Source: Yuukianura sp. NJ FZ-2021 | Taxonomy: Eukaryota | Assembly (NCBI GenBank): GCA_046563655.1 | Contig: CM102288.1 | Coordinates: forward strand, 4,898,001-4,962,000 | DNA length: 64,000 nucleotides | Direction: 5' to 3' | Part shown: positions 1-14,240 of the stretch, one piece after another | How positions within the stretch are numbered: the first letter of the stretch is position 1 | Layout: each line of letters starts with the position of its first letter | Notes under the pieces: generated by a model | Seen by the model: the letters and a program-made list of their open reading frames with translations, nothing else | Database searches by the model: none | Told to the model about the DNA's origin: nothing | Made by a program: the position numbers and the translations under genes

Positions 1-545
1 TTGTTTTGTCTCCTCTTTTCATGATTTCAATTGCAAAACTTTAGCTACAGATGTATTCAAATTTAAAATTCATCTCCGTCTTCTTTATTAAGCCGAAAAA
101 CTAAAAACCGGAAAAGGAAAAGCTAAGTTTTTCATTTTTCTTTGCAAGAAATTTGCAAGATTGAAAGAGAAATTTCGTTAGAAGAGGAAGTTCATTTTGT
201 TTTGGGATCGGCTCGTGGAGCAGTGAATGGTTCGTTAGATCTGTTACACCGCTGAATCTTTAGCAAAAATAAAGTTTCTACAATGTTAGTCAAGGTTACT
301 TTTAGAAAAAAAAATTCGAGTAAAAAAGAGAAAGTTTTTGTTGACTGTCAAAAGTGCATTTGCCTTTCAGCACTACGGAGGTGGAAAAGAAAGTCAAGAG
401 AAAAAAGAAAGTTCTTCCTTCTTAAACATGAATTAGATTCCTCATTTAAAACGACTCCGAAACAGACGCCTCCAAGGTTTTCTTTTCTCATTTTTTTTTA
501 AAAAGTGAAAAGTTTTTTAAAAGTTGAAAATTTGCTTTCACTTAC

Positions 546-3500
546 TTCGCTGATGATGGTGGTTGACGAAGGGTCTGAAGACAGTTCGTTGAGAATTATA
601 ATTGTCTTGAAGGCGATGACGAAGATTCCGTTGAGTAACATTGACGAAAACAAGTTCTCATGCAGAATTATTCTGTCCACGCGCAATTGTCTGAAAAACG
701 TCAATTTAGTTTAATTTAGTTAAAATTTCAATTAAAGTCTAAAATAATTACTTGTATGAGAAGAAGATGATGAGAGCAGGGATGATTGCAATGATAGAGA
801 CTGCATAGGCCGTCACATGAACATAAGTTCTGCGTTTCTGAACTTCGATTACTGACGATGCGCAGTTGCTATAATTTGTCCATTCTGCGTGTTTTGCAAG
901 ACTCCCAGGTTTTGAAAACCAATGACCTGTGACCTCGCAAGTCTTTTCAGCTGTCACTTAGGTTAGAAAAAAAACAAAGAATTGGTAAATTACTTTTCAT
1001 GAGTTTTCATCAGATTTCTGTGGGTTCAGAATTTAAAAGTGAAAGTGGAGTGACGAAAGCCTGAGTGTCAGTTACAGCCTACTAGGATTGAGTAGTTGAA
1101 TAAATTGGTTTATTTCCATGTAGAGTTGTATTAACTTTGGTGGTGAAAGTTGAGTGAAGGGTTGCGTGCATGTCGTTGATTGTGGATTCAGGAGAAACTG
1201 GAAACTTTTGAATTTTTTGTCACATAAATTATGATTCAACCATCTCTCCCTCCCCTTTGTTCCATCCACCCCAAATACAAAACACCACAATTCAATCCAT
1301 ACAACCTCAAAAAATCTATGAACAGAATAAGCAAGTGAAAATGGAAGTTTCACATGCAGACTCCCTGGAGGAGATGAGACCTTGGAAGTAATAATGATAT
1401 ATTGATTCTCGCACAACCAAAACACTTTCACTTTTAAACTCCCATCTTCCCGTTTCCAACAAAGGAAAAACTTCTTTTCACTTTTGATATTTACTTACGG
1501 CTGCAAGACGACGTTTCTGATAGAACTGAGTAGATGTAGTGAGGACATGGAGCGTGGACTTTCTTCCCTGCTTCTGTCTCGTTCCAACACTGCCATCCAT
1601 CCCAGGTAGCTGGACAACTTTTCACTCCTGGAGAAAATACATACAAGTTTAGGTAAAAATCACATTTACTAATGAAAAATTACATGAGTCTGTGTCTCCA
1701 TGTGTGAGTTACTTGATAAGTTTCATTTCCTCTTGAGTTTTGTAAAATGGTAATGAATTCAAGTTGTAGCTTTCAGGAGAAGTGACATAAACATGAAATT
1801 GAATACTTGAAGTGATGTTTAACATCACGCTTCACTTTTTATTAAAAAATACCAGAACCAGCGCAGCGTTACGTTTCTGTGCTTCCTCAAAAAATATTTC
1901 AAAATGCACGGACCCGTATCGCTTAACGTAGTATAACCAAAAATTAGCATAGAATTTATCTAGGCCATAGGTTATTTTCTGCTTCTAAAACCTAGATTAG
2001 CTAAACCTCTGAAAATGTTTTGAAAAAGAGTAGAACGGTAAATTCTCGGGTGTAATTGATTAGAAGGATTCGAAATAGTGAGAATGATTGACACTCACTG
2101 AGTGTTAATGTAGAAAACGATTCGAATTTAATTTTCCGCTCTTCCAAATCTCGGGAGCGAAGAAGTTAATAGATTACCTTAAGTTAACCTATAACAACCT
2201 GCCCTGGAAGTTGGAATTCCTGCGACTTACGCATGATGGTAGACGGGAGAAAGTAGAATTTGTGGTTCAGTCAGTGTGAAATTAAGTGCAAATTATCGAC
2301 TCACATTCAACCTCCCTCGCTAGAACTACAGACTACTATGCAGGGTTCAGTTTTAATTTAATTTGTTTTACCACATCCAACTCATTAACGTATGCACCAT
2401 TATCACTCTTCCACTTTCACGCCTGCAATCTCTGAACATTCATCACTCTCAACCTAAACTTTCCTTCTGCTCCACTACTTGCATTATTTCCAAGTGTTCA
2501 GGAGAAAGCAAACAGAACCCCCATGGTCCTCCACCAAAGTTCGGAATTGGATTCCAAAGTTTAAGAAAACAGAAGTTTGTTTGTGAGACGGGAGTAAATG
2601 AAGGAGAGAATCAAACGGAAGTTTCCGCACTTTCATCTTCATGATTAGGCTGGAACGGATCCACTTTGTCACTTTCACTCTCTACTGTCCCACCAGGCGA
2701 AGTGGGACTCATCAGTCTATTTGCTCATGAAAACTTTAGAACACCCTTATCACCCCTCTTTCTCAAAAAATATTCATATTTCATCATTTTTAATAGACAT
2801 CACATCTAAAACCCCAGGAGATTCCAAGATGAAGATGGGCAGGCGTCAGATCTCCTCTATTTTCCACATCTCAAGCACTTACGGAAGATGAAGATCTCAC
2901 CTGACTCTTGAGATGCATTCGTCAGCCGTGGACTTTGCATGTTTTGGCAACATCTCTCCGCTGCTTCACAACAGTCCACCCAGTTCCTTCGCGCATGCTC
3001 CCCGGCAAACGACGCTAACAGAGGACTCGACGGGTCAGATGAGTTAGCAAAAACCTAGAGACACAAAAACAAAAAAATAAGTCACACTAAAGTCAGTGGG
3101 GAGTGAATGAGAAATTGTGGGCTGTGGACCATGTTCCCTTGAGAATTTATGACACAACAGACTTAAGTCTTAAATCCTCGGAATTTGTTCGTTTTTGTTC
3201 CAAATCAACTGAAGTGTTCATCCTTCTGTGCCTAGTTATGCGAGTGGGGACAACAAATTTGAATTGGAAATATTTCTCATAAGGTTTTTCTTCCTAGTAG
3301 CACTAAACTTCCAAAAAATTTCAGTTCGCACTTCCTCCCTAAGCCTTTCTCCTCTCGATGCTCGGGGTGTAAAAATTCATTCATTTGAAAAATGGTTGAG
3401 CCCTTTGCGACTTGACGTAGCACATGATTCAGTTTGGCTCATGGCGTCTCATAAACTGACGTCTGCTGTCTCTCTGCCTAGCAACCGAGGTGTCCAGATC

Positions 3501-6500
3501 CATAGTAGGTCATAAGCTGACGCTTCATAACTGACAACCAAAAATTCACGACACCAAAAACTGTCAAACCCAAAAAAAGACTCAGAAGTAAGCCGCCAAA
3601 TGTTTACTTCCAGCAACTTGGTATGACGTGGCCAGCCACGTTTGAAGTTAAGCTATAATTCAGTTCATAAAGTGTAAAATTCTATCTTACAACGTCATTT
3701 TTACTGTATTTCAAACGATTTTTTGCATTCAAAATTGTCTGCGCTTGAAATTGTGGGCTTTTAAAAAAGTGGGATGTTGACATTGCCTTTATTTCTGGAA
3801 CGCTAGACAACTTTTGAAATTGTCGGCAATTGAATTGTCGGCTGTTGGAAATGTCGACTTTTGATATAGTGATAGTCCAACTTTCGGATTGTAGTTTTGG
3901 ATTGACAATTTTGGATTGCTTGCTGTTAAAATTGTCGGGTATTGCATTGGCGACTGTTGAAATTGTCGCACTTAGAATTGTTCATTAAGATCATAAAGCA
4001 TCCAAATCCCTCAAAATTTTTTCTTTCTTTCGTATCACAAGAAGCTGACAAAACTCCGAGGCTCGTTTTCTCGGAATAGGACGCCTACGAAAACAGATAC
4101 CACAAACGGCAGAGACGAGATTCTAATTAGGACATCAGCATTATCACTCATGGAAACCATAGTATCACTTCCTTCACAGATCACTGACGATCCACACAAA
4201 GAGTTCCTCTTCCAGATTTAGCCTATCAAAATAAAATCTTGTATTCTCCGTTCCTCCTCCGTTTGTTCCGGTTTTTTAACAAACAACTTTCTCCTAGGAA
4301 TTCTGTGGGATTTGGGATACAAGAGAGTGGAGAAAGCACGGGATGAATAATTCATTTCAAAGGCGTCTGATTCCTTCATGACAAATTGTCCCACCAACCC
4401 CACAACCACCCAGTATCCTAGCAACGCCGAATTAAAGCCTCATTTCTCCAAGGCAACTTTTCAACTCTTTTTCTGGTCTTCAATTTAGTAAGTCATAGTT
4501 CGCCTTATGGCTATTTCCTCCTTCTATTTTGCATCTTATTGTCCATTAAGCCACACTTTCACTTTTTCTCGTGTCACGATGAAGATTTCTTGAGGCGACA
4601 GCTAATGTATCCAACTCAAACGTCCAAGGTTTGTTGACTTGCGATTTTCTTTAACAGGTTGGGTAGTACCTCATGTCTTTTTTCGATTTTGCAAAATAAA
4701 GTATCTTTTCATTTCGGAGCAGCGTAGTCATAACAATACAGCTAATTTCTTAAATTTTGCATACGAATTGTTAACAATTTTTTCGGATTGGTACTATAAA
4801 AAAATAAAAGAGAAATTAACACTTAACATTTAAAAATTAACAAAAAAAAAATTAAATTACAATTTTTTTTTTAAATTAGTACTAATTCTGAAATGCTAAT
4901 TCTTGTTTTTGTTTTTTTTTTGTCAACAAGCGAGGTAGTACCCAACGTATTTACGAAAATTAACTTTTCGTTGTCAAGCAACCTTGCATACGTCTAGCTT
5001 CCGGAAGGGCTTATTTCATTTTGGAAGAGCAAACTGTAGGACTTCTAGTTTTGTTAGATGAAATGAATTTGTAAACCCACTCATTCTTATCTTATGTTGT
5101 GAGGAGAAGGAGAAAATAGAAAGTAGAAATGGCCTTGAGTGGGGGTTGGGAGAAAGTGGTTGAATGGAGCCATAGACCAAGATTAGATTCGGAGCGTATG
5201 CGAAGAGTGACAGTCACCGGAGGCACAAAAGAATCCAGAAAAGTAAAAAAACGTAACCTGTTTCTAAAATTGTCTCCACTTCGCTTAATGGAAAACTCTG
5301 CTTTCCCTTTTATACAAAAAAAAAACGTAAGCAAAAGAGATCGACTGTGATTCGAGTCTAACAAAAAAGAAATGAAAAACAGGCAAAAAACTCATCTCTT
5401 CCTTTTTTTTCTCTCAAATTTTTAATTTTTTGAATTCAAAATTAATATTTCTCTTTTCATAACCTACTAACTGCATGCTGAGTGGAAAAAATTGAACCTT
5501 TACAAGTGGAACCAATTAAGTCTATTTTTCATTTTCACTCCATCCCATGCAGGAGAGTTCCAAAAAAAAGTTTACTAGAAATTAATCATGCTAAAGAGGA
5601 CAGCGGAAGCCTCTTAAAAAACTTTCTCCATCTTTATCTCCATTTTTTGAAAAGTCGCATATTTATGAGTTCTCATACTTTCACTTTGAGCAATATCTGA
5701 GCAGAGTGAAGTCGAAATGGTCCATTTTGAATTTGTATCAACTTGAATTGAGGGACACTTTTGTCTCAATGGAACTGTTTATTTGTAAATGTAGTTCAAT
5801 TAAACTTCATCCATTCCCCTATATTCACTTTGCTCAATCTCATCGTAAACAGGAAGCGGGAGACTTGGGCGATGCTGGATTTATTATTTCGTGTCCTCGA
5901 AACTAACTTTCTCTTCTCCATCAACTTACTCCACACTGCTGTTTCAAACCAAATCCAATTTCCGCCTGATAAGCCTAAAACACCATGGTTATTTCTATAA
6001 ACACGATCAACGCTAAACTTTCTCTTTCTCTCGCCCTAGAGAAAACGAATGGAGTGGAGAGCGACGACTGATGTAGCCAAATCTGAACAATTTTTATGAT
6101 TCTCCAATTCTATTTATAGAGCACTTTGGGTAGGAAAATAAATAATTCGGCAGAAAGACTCTTGAGTGGAGGCCAATCGCAGGATTTGTGCTGGAACGTG
6201 CGATTAGGACTCTCTCTGCGGCCTTTGTATCGGACAGGAAACGAAAAAAAGGAAAAGAAAAGTGTCTTCATAAATTTGGCGGTTGGAGGATCATAAAGTC
6301 AGATTTGCTCCAGATATTTTCCCAATGGCCTTAAACTAAAACTCAATCCGCACTTTCGTCCAGACCACTCCGTGATACTAATGGCAGCTCAGAAATCTAA
6401 GCAATAAAAATCTAAGCGACAAAAATCTCAACAGTCCAATATCGAAAAATCCGAAGCGCTGATAATGGATTTTTCGGATTTTATGAGAACTTTGCTTGTT

Positions 6501-7605
6501 CATGAAATCAGGATTTGTTAATGTAATAATTCATTTTTTTTCCAATTTTTTTTTCATTATGTGGTAACACTCGGAAATAAATGCAATACTTGTACAAAGA
6601 TATTCAGATTGCTTGAAATATTGATAGGAAATATTTCTGGAGCGTATGACAATTGGTATTTGAACGGTAAAATTAACGTGTCAGATTATTGGAGTGTCGA
6701 GATTCTTTGTGCAGAGATTATTGCGTTTAGATTATTTGTGAGCTTCCCTCTGCACATTTTTCCTCAACATAACTTCCACAAAATGGAATTCCCAGTTGAC
6801 CCTAACTTTCTTTGTGGGCTAGCCATTGGAAAGTTGACATTTAGAAAGTTGACCTTACCGTGACGCTGGAGTTTGGATTCAGGAGAACCATCACTTCATG
6901 TACATTCCCATCCGGGCTTCTCCAAGCTTTCACTCTGGTCAACCATTTTCTAGAGGGAGATCCAAACATTCCAGCCACATTCCTTTGGTAGTGGTAGCAC
7001 GCAGCACAACTATGGACACTGAACAGAAAATGTGGCAAGTATGTCTTGTGACGACAAACCTTGACTTCCTCACCAACATCACTCTTCATCAAGTCCACGT
7101 AATTAGAAACGGAAGAAATGTCACTCACTCCTCGCTCGTCACGACCACGCCCACCAATCACAGCGCCGTCACCAGAGGTCAGCACAATTCCTGACCTCTG
7201 ACTTTTCTCTGTCTCGTTCCCACTGTCACCGCCTTCTCTAAACGAACTTCCCAGAATATGGTGAATGTCCGGTTTAGTCGTAGCTGTTGAGTGATGATGC
7301 GAGTGTCGAGTGGGGTGTTGGTCGTTTGGGGTGTGGGAAGGATTGACATGCGGTTGATGTGGTTGTGTGGCTCTGGGGGTGACAGATTGACCAGTGCTGA
7401 CCCGGTGGTTCGTACTAAAAGTCCCACTGGGCACAAACTCAACTTCTACTCTGCTGGGGTAGTTTCCACTTTCACTTTTGGCGCCAAAACTGTCACTTTC
7501 TCTGCCCAGACTTCCAGTGACGAAGAGTGCTAGGAGCATAGAGAGGCAAAGTTTGCTGAGCGCCTTCATCCCTCCAGTCTCTGAAATCACCAAGTCACTT
7601 TTCAT
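546..7605 (-). CDS. Class B (secretin-family) GPCR, calcitonin/Hector-like; 5' part only, continues beyond the left edge
   Basis: Phase-consistent exons 7605-6859, 3054-2901, 1627-1499, 956-752, 690-546. Signal peptide MKALSKLCLSMLLALFVTG; WVDCCEAAERCC; hormone-binding domain CPATWDGWQCW..PCP..C..GHW..WTNYSNC; TM1 (YAVSIIAIIPALIIFFSY); TM2 (QLRVDRIILHENLF). Confidence 0.88.
4625..4986. mobile_element. Non-autonomous TIR element (MITE) with CAAGGTT termini and 8-bp TSD (P- or hAT-type)
   Basis: Starts caaggtttgttgac and ends gtcaagcaaccttg; inner inverted gttgggta(g/c)tacctc; TSD caaacgtc / catacgtc; similar to the copy at 7715-7974. Confidence 0.8.
6383..6746. mobile_element. Degenerate foldback/MITE with roughly 15-bp subterminal repeats
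   Basis: Left end gcagctcagaaatctaagc..aatctcaacagtccaat mirrors the reverse complement of the right end (gaagctcacaaataatctaaac..aatctcgacactccaat). A similar structure lies at about 11590-11965. Confidence 0.5.
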
Positions 7606-7714
7606 TAATTATCTCCCCACAATTAATTACACACAACCACCAACACAACTTTCACTCTCTCGAGAATCAAAAACATACTTTCACTAATCCACTGGATACT
7701 GGAATGGATCCATT

Positions 7715-7974
7715 CGAGGTTTGTTGACTTCGGATTTTCTTTAACAGGTTGGGTGATACATCATGTTTTTTTTGTCATTTTGCAAGAGAAAGTACTTTTT
7801 CATTTCGTTGCAGTGTAGTCATAAACATTATTTTTTTTCAATTTTGCATACGAATTGCTACCAATTTTTCGGTTTGGTACTAATTTTTTTTTGTTTCCTT
7901 CGTTCTTTTGTCAATAAGCAAGGTAGTACTCAACCTATTAAAGAAAATTAAATTTTCGTTGTCGAGGAACCTTG
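7715..7974. mobile_element. MITE, same family as 4625-4986
   Basis: cgaggtttgttgac...gtcgaggaaccttg with a perfect 8-bp TSD gatccatt (7707-7714 / 7975-7982). Confidence 0.85.
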
Positions 7975-10900
7975 GATCCATTCCAGAATGGTTTAGTCTA
8001 ATTAAACAAGCAGAGTAACCTTTTCCACTGCCCACTTCCTTTTCGCATCAATCATCTCCACCAACTTTCTACTTTTGGTCAGTTTAAGAAGCGTTAGGCT
8101 TAAAAGGTAGCAGTTTTTGACAGGAACGACATTTCACTCAGCACAAAAAAAAGTTTCGACTGGGGAGAGAAAGGAAGTGACTATCTCGCGGAAGCTCCGA
8201 GAGAAAACTTTGAACTTAAAAAATTAGAGTAGTTTCCGTTCAGTTCAAAGGGAAGTTTGACTTTCCTTTTGTGTGGGGTTTGGTTTAGTTGCCTCCAAGG
8301 GGAAAACCACTTTCATCTCATTAAAATTTACAAATCCAATTCCGACAGATCACACAATTAACAAAGTTTGGAAAAATAGGATCCTCTGGATGTGCTGAAA
8401 ATGGTGGTGTGAAGTGCCTTCCAAAAGCCAACTCATGAATGTGCTGCACGTCCCCTTCCTAAAAGGCAATCAAAGTCTCAACATGGTTTCAATTCTGTTC
8501 ATCAAACTAACCTAACCTCCGTCTTCAAAAGAATCTCAGAGGAAAAGGAGTTGGACGTGGCGGTTGAGGAATTAATTTGAACTCTGCCGCCTCATTTCTT
8601 TCTTCTCTGCCGCAAACTCTAATCTTGGAAAAATGAAAAAGTGCTTTCTCCGCAGAACCGCTCAAAGGAAAGCCCTCCTCTGCCACTTAGAGGCTTTTAG
8701 CCCATGGGCAGCCATTTGTTAATGGGTTTCTACACGTCTAATGTAAGAAGCTTACGAGGTGCCTCACTAAACTCTACCAAAGTAAAAGAAAAACTGGAGA
8801 AAGTTATTTCATTGAAAAAGGCGGAGGTTGTCTCATATTTTTAGTGTGAATGATGTGCATAGCGGCAACTTTTTCTTTTAAATGATACGGGTGACGGCAT
8901 TTTTATTTCAAATGACAACGCAATTCCATACACAAAATGAAACTCTCGAAAGCTAAATATGCTTAAAAAAAATTGAGTTTTTGTTTATGGAGAAAGTGAA
9001 GTTTCGCCCATGGTTTTTCCTGAAATCACGCCTACTCCAGAAACTTCCATCTTCAGCACTAAGCAGTATATACCTTAAGTTTTGCTAAAATTGTGAGATT
9101 TGCCTTGACAAATGACAAGTCGTAAACTGAGGAAGAAGTGACTTTGTGTGTGAGCAGCAAACGGAAGAGTGCACTGGAGACTGAATTAGAAAACACCTTT
9201 GTCAGACCCATCTTACGTCTGAAATAAGTCTTCGCGTCTTCATAATGTAAAGTTGATGGGCCTTTTGGCATAACATGGCAGCCCGGGAAATGAGAGAGTT
9301 ATGGTGAATGACAAACTATAATTGCCAATATACTTTCTCCAAATTGAAATTACACAATTCGGCTCTGGCTTCCCGCCAAACTTAAATACGATTTGCACAA
9401 AACGGCATTAAAAGAGAGAAGTGTGGGAAGAAGGCTATAAAACGACATTCTCTGAATCCTAAGTGAAATCGGATTGGGCTGAGATATCCTGATTCCAAAT
9501 CTTCTGAATCTGTCAAGATCAACTTTATGACACGAAGGAACCTTGAATACTCAAGTACTCAAAATTCTCAAATCTTATTCTGAGAAAGCATTCACTTCCT
9601 TCCATCACCACACACGATGGAAATCTTCTGTTTCAAATTAGATTCCAGGCCAAAATTACGCCTAATTTCATTAAATTTATTCTATTTCTTGTATACTTTA
9701 TTTTCTCACCAACGGATTTATCTCTTTCAGTTTATCCAAAATGAACGCACTCGTTAAATTGTTTTGCTACAAAAAAAATCAAAACACGGAACAAATACTG
9801 AGAATTGGGTTAGATGTTTATTTGGTTCCAAAAAATAGAAACAGAGAAGTTAATATTTTCTTGTTGTCTTCTCGTTTCCGTTGAATGGAATTCGGAGAAA
9901 CGTTAAATTGAGTCATAGATACAGTAGTAATAATCCAAACTCCTCGGAATGAGATTCCTAAAAGTGGAAATTATTACACTTTTCTCCAAAAATAGCCTAA
10001 CTTAAACCTTTCTCCAAGCCTAACTTAGCCTTTAAACGAAAAATAACTTTCCAAGAAATCCGCCTTAACCCCGCAGTGTCAGCAACATTCTCCTCGTTAT
10101 GTCTCAATTTAAACTTTCATTAAGAGACCACAATCCACAATTGGAAAGCTCCAAATAACAATAAAATACTGAGACACTTGGACCAGAAGCGAAATTAACC
10201 TAAACCTCAACCTAACTAACCTCACTTAAGCTTAACCTAACGACTATTCTTTCAGCACTTTACTAGAAATTGTATTTCACTTGTTTCCTTAGCCTTTGTT
10301 CTTTGACCTTCCATTGAATCCCACACAGTTAGCTTTATCTTCTGTTTTAGTCTGACTCAAATGTTGCAAGTTTTGAAGTTACAAAGTATACCGAGTGTTT
10401 CGCAATGTTGGCCAAAACAGAACTTCGTGTATTTGTTTAAGGCCTTTGTTTATCAGCGCCATTTTAGCATGTGCTAAGAACAAGATGCAATAATTCTGTT
10501 CTTTCCAACCTTCAACCGAAAAACTCAACTCAACTCACATCAAAAGACACCAAATTTCAAACCCAGAGTCAAAACAGACACAGAAAGAACTAAAAAAGTG
10601 AAGAGACAAAAAAAGTGGAAAGTGGTGGAAGTTGGAAATGGTTGTGCATATCTTAACTGTTGTTGAACTGAATTAGTAAAAAATGTGGGTGCGGAAGGCA
10701 TCTGGCGATGACTGTGGAGGGGATTAACTAAGAAAAAGTAAAAAGTGAAAGTGAGTGATGGACTTGACTTCCAAAAGTAAACCCAAAATGCAATAAAAAT
10801 TAATTCCAACAAAAACTCGCACTTTTCCCATTGCACATTTTAGAGCTTTAAAAGCACAACGCTTTGCTTTCACTCCCAGGGGTCCTTTTCCTTGACACAT

Positions 10901-11589
10901 TTTTTCCTTCCCAGTTAGAAAAAACGTACAGTCATAGTCTGTGTAACGCCATTTTAGCATTTAACCGCCCTCCACTTGGGAGCAATACTAAAACACAAAT
11001 CCTCGCCTCGCCTTTTACCACAAGCCAACTTCAACTCCTCAGAACAAACACTCTTTTCAAAAAAAAATTCAGAAAAGTAAAAAGTCTTACTTCCTCTCGA
11101 AAATAGTTGAGCGTCCGAGTGAAATTGGTTCAGTTCCTGTGTGTTAATTTACCTTGGGATTGTGGGTTTTTGCCAAAACCAACACTAGCCTCAGGGGGAA
11201 TGTTTGAACTGGAAGTGTCTGGAGAGATTCGGGGGTACGGAGAGAGTCCTTTGAGCTTTCACTTTGAAGTTTGGATGTTCTTAGCACTTGTGGGATTAGA
11301 ACTCACTTCCGCTGATGGAAGCGTAAGAAGGGAACCATATTCGACCCAGTTTGAAACTTTCGGCAGGAGGGAAGCATCCGTGCGTGTTGGATCGGAGGCT
11401 GGAAGTGACTGAGTTGGTTCATGGCAGAGAAAGTCCACCAAACCCCCTCCTTCCACCCGCAGACTGAAGATAGAGGAACTTTCCTGGAAGGAGACCCAAA
11501 GGACTTTGACGTGACACAGTGTCATTCAATTGTAAACAGTGACAGGACAACGGGTCATCTCTAACAAGTGAACCCACGTCATGCAAGCA

Positions 11590-11965
11590 AGCCTAAACAT
11601 CAAAAATTTAAACGCCAAAGGACTATGCAGGTAAAAATCCAAATATAAAATATGAGGATTATCTAAGCGCCAAGAATCTAAACAGCAAAAAAGTAAACAA
11701 ATGAATATCTCAGTGCGAAAATTTCAACAGATTGAAAATGTTTTGAATCATAAGCACATACCACAAGCACCAAAAAATTCAACAAGATTTTGAATGAAAG
11801 GATTGTTCAGGTTAGGCTACGTATGTGTTTAGTGTATTTGAAGCGGTTACTTCCATCACCATTTCAAGAATTCGGTGTACGCGGATAGTTTTTTTGCACA
11901 TTTTAATGTTTGTTTAGATTTTTGTTGTTTACATTATTGGTGTTTATAAATAGTTGGATTTTGGC
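11590..11965. repeat. Degenerate foldback element related to 6383-6746
   Basis: aatctaa(a/g)c-type subrepeats on the left and inverted tgtttagatt-type repeats on the right; boundaries approximate. Confidence 0.4.
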
Positions 11966-12330
11966 TTATACTGTTAACAAGTGGCCCATTTGTGACCAAC
12001 GCCCATCGACATAATAAATTAGAACTACTTTCTTTTCATTTCAAAGTGAAATGCTTTCACTCTCTTAAGTCTTTTTTCTTTAGTGTAGTTCATCACCGTT
12101 TCGAAACAAAAACCCTAACATTTCAATTCCATTTCGTCGACTCGACGCCATTCAACCAGAAAAATTGAAGCTGTTTTTCCAGCGAAGTGGCGTTTATCAC
12201 TCCAAACTAGGTAGTGGGCCTGCTTTCTTTTTAATTTTATTTGTGGAACTCAAAATTCACAATTTAAAAACAGGGTTCACCCGCCACAGTTTGTCAATAA
12301 AGTAAAAAGAAAATGTTCGAAACCCAGGAT

Positions 12331-12820
12331 CAGGGTTGGTCTTCTTAGCACTAAAAAGGAATGGCTTAAGATTAGCGTTTTTTTTTTCAAAAGTGCTAAA
12401 AGCCTCGCTATTTATGCTAAAAACAATGCATCCTTATAGGGATTTGGTACGAAGTTCGCAATCTGGACGCTAGGCGACAATTCGAGGTATAGAAAACCTT
12501 GAGTTTCCGTGAAAATTAAAGATTCCGTGGAGTTTCTAAAATATTTTGCAAATTAAACGGTAGTAATAAATTAATAACAAGAAAAAAAGATTGAAATAAA
12601 GAATAAAAAATAAAACGAATTATTAAATTTGTAAAGTGTAATTTTAAATCTTTCACAAAATTGTTTTCAGTTTGTTGTTTTTCTTTTGTTAATTTTTGAA
12701 TGCTTTTAAACTATCTTTTTAAATTTTGAAGTGAGCTTATCATCACAGCCGTTCTAGCTTAGCATAGTTAGCAATAAAAGCTTGCGATGAAAATGCTAAC
12801 CTAAATACGAGCCAGCCCTG
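12331..12820. mobile_element. hAT-type MITE
   Basis: Termini cagggttgg / ccagccctg; flanks cccaggat / cccagggc form a degraded 8-bp TSD. Confidence 0.6.
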
Positions 12821-13988
12821 CCCAGGGCTATTGATTCTCAACTGTAATTTTCATTATACAAATAGAACCGGAGAAGAAAAATAGATTTACGACTCTCCTG
12901 GGCCCAATGACGCTTCAATTAAGAAGAAAGGCGCCTCGTTTCTAACGGTTCCTGCTAAAAAAACAAGCCGGAATGTTGAAAAAAAAACTACCCGGAATGT
13001 TCAGAATTTATCCGAGTGACCTTTGAATTTGACCTTACCCATGGCGGGGTCAACTGGAAAAAAAACTAACCTTGTTTTGTTTGTTTTCTGGAAAAGAAAC
13101 TAGTGTATCCGCTAGGCTTTACTCGAACTCACAAACCAGACACTTCTGGACGGTCACTTACGCACCAGCATTCTTCTGGACTGTGACTTATATCCAGTAG
13201 ACTTATGAACGGCGATTTTGGATTATCTTTAAGTTTATCTTAAGTTTATCTTTATCTTTAAGTTTAAGATATGTTACGCGTTCTTGAGAGTCTTGGTACG
13301 GGTTGGAGTGACTGCCAAAGTAGTTTCATTCTCACCGACAAGAGTGGATGAACCGTCGCCTGTCGAATTACGTTTTTGCAACTCACTGCCACTCACCTGT
13401 CCCTTTCCAAACTCTAATTTGGCTAATTCACTTTCTCTAGCACAACACGAGCAGGTTACTAACCTAACCTAACACGAGTAGGCTAAGGACATAAGCCAAC
13501 CTTTGTAGGCAGTTCGGCTTAAAAAAATACACCGCTCCACCTTGTTATCCAAAGACGCTTCAGTTGACCTCAAAGACAACTTTATGGAGACAAAGTGCGA
13601 GGAAAAAGAACGAAGAGGAACAGTTTGTTTGTTCTCTGAGGCCTAAAACAAACTTGGTAGAAATGGGCCTGTTGTGACCATGTTGGGTCGTAAAGTGGAC
13701 ACCTAATAAGGATCAATTCCCTTGCAAATGACAACGACTCCAAGGACACCGGACACCACACCCTAACATCTTCCCCCACAAATTCACTTCCTCCAATTCC
13801 TTCTGCCAAGTGCTCTCGTTTCCTTCATCACGAACTTACCTTACCTAGACGAAGGAACGTCCAGCTCAATCTTGAATTATTGGAGAGAAAGTGTTTCAGA
13901 CACTTTCACCATCTTCCCTCAAAATCCTAACCAAGCATGGGTTAGGCTAGTCTAACTCCAAATGAACAAAGACAACTAACGTTAGGTC

Positions 13989-14240
13989 CAAGGTTTCTAT
14001 AGCAACGAAATAGTTTTCCTTTAACAGGTTTAGCAATAAGTCCCATTTACAGAAAATCCTGCGCCGAACAAATATAATTGCGGCGATTATTTATCATTTC
14101 CGCCAACTCTCCGCCAATCCCATTTGATTGCATATAAATAATAGCCATAGGAAGGCACGGTGAAGCAAGTTTTACTATTTTTTTTAAACAAAATTTAAAA
14201 AGTTCTAGTTATTGCCTAGCCTGTTGAAGAAAAAACCTTG
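13989..14240. mobile_element. MITE with CAAGGTT termini and 8-bp TSD, related to the 4625/7715 family
   Basis: caaggtttc...ctttaacaggtt ... cctgttgaagaaaaaaccttg; TSD gttaggtc / gttaggtt. Confidence 0.7.

Noticed and set aside
3508..3990. Degenerate foldback element with ttgtcg subrepeats
   Set aside because: Termini and TSD could not be defined; an old repeat remnant.
11107..11525. ORFs of 88-101 aa on both strands
   Set aside because: No recognisable motif; more likely a 5' UTR exon or promoter region of the calcitonin-type receptor.
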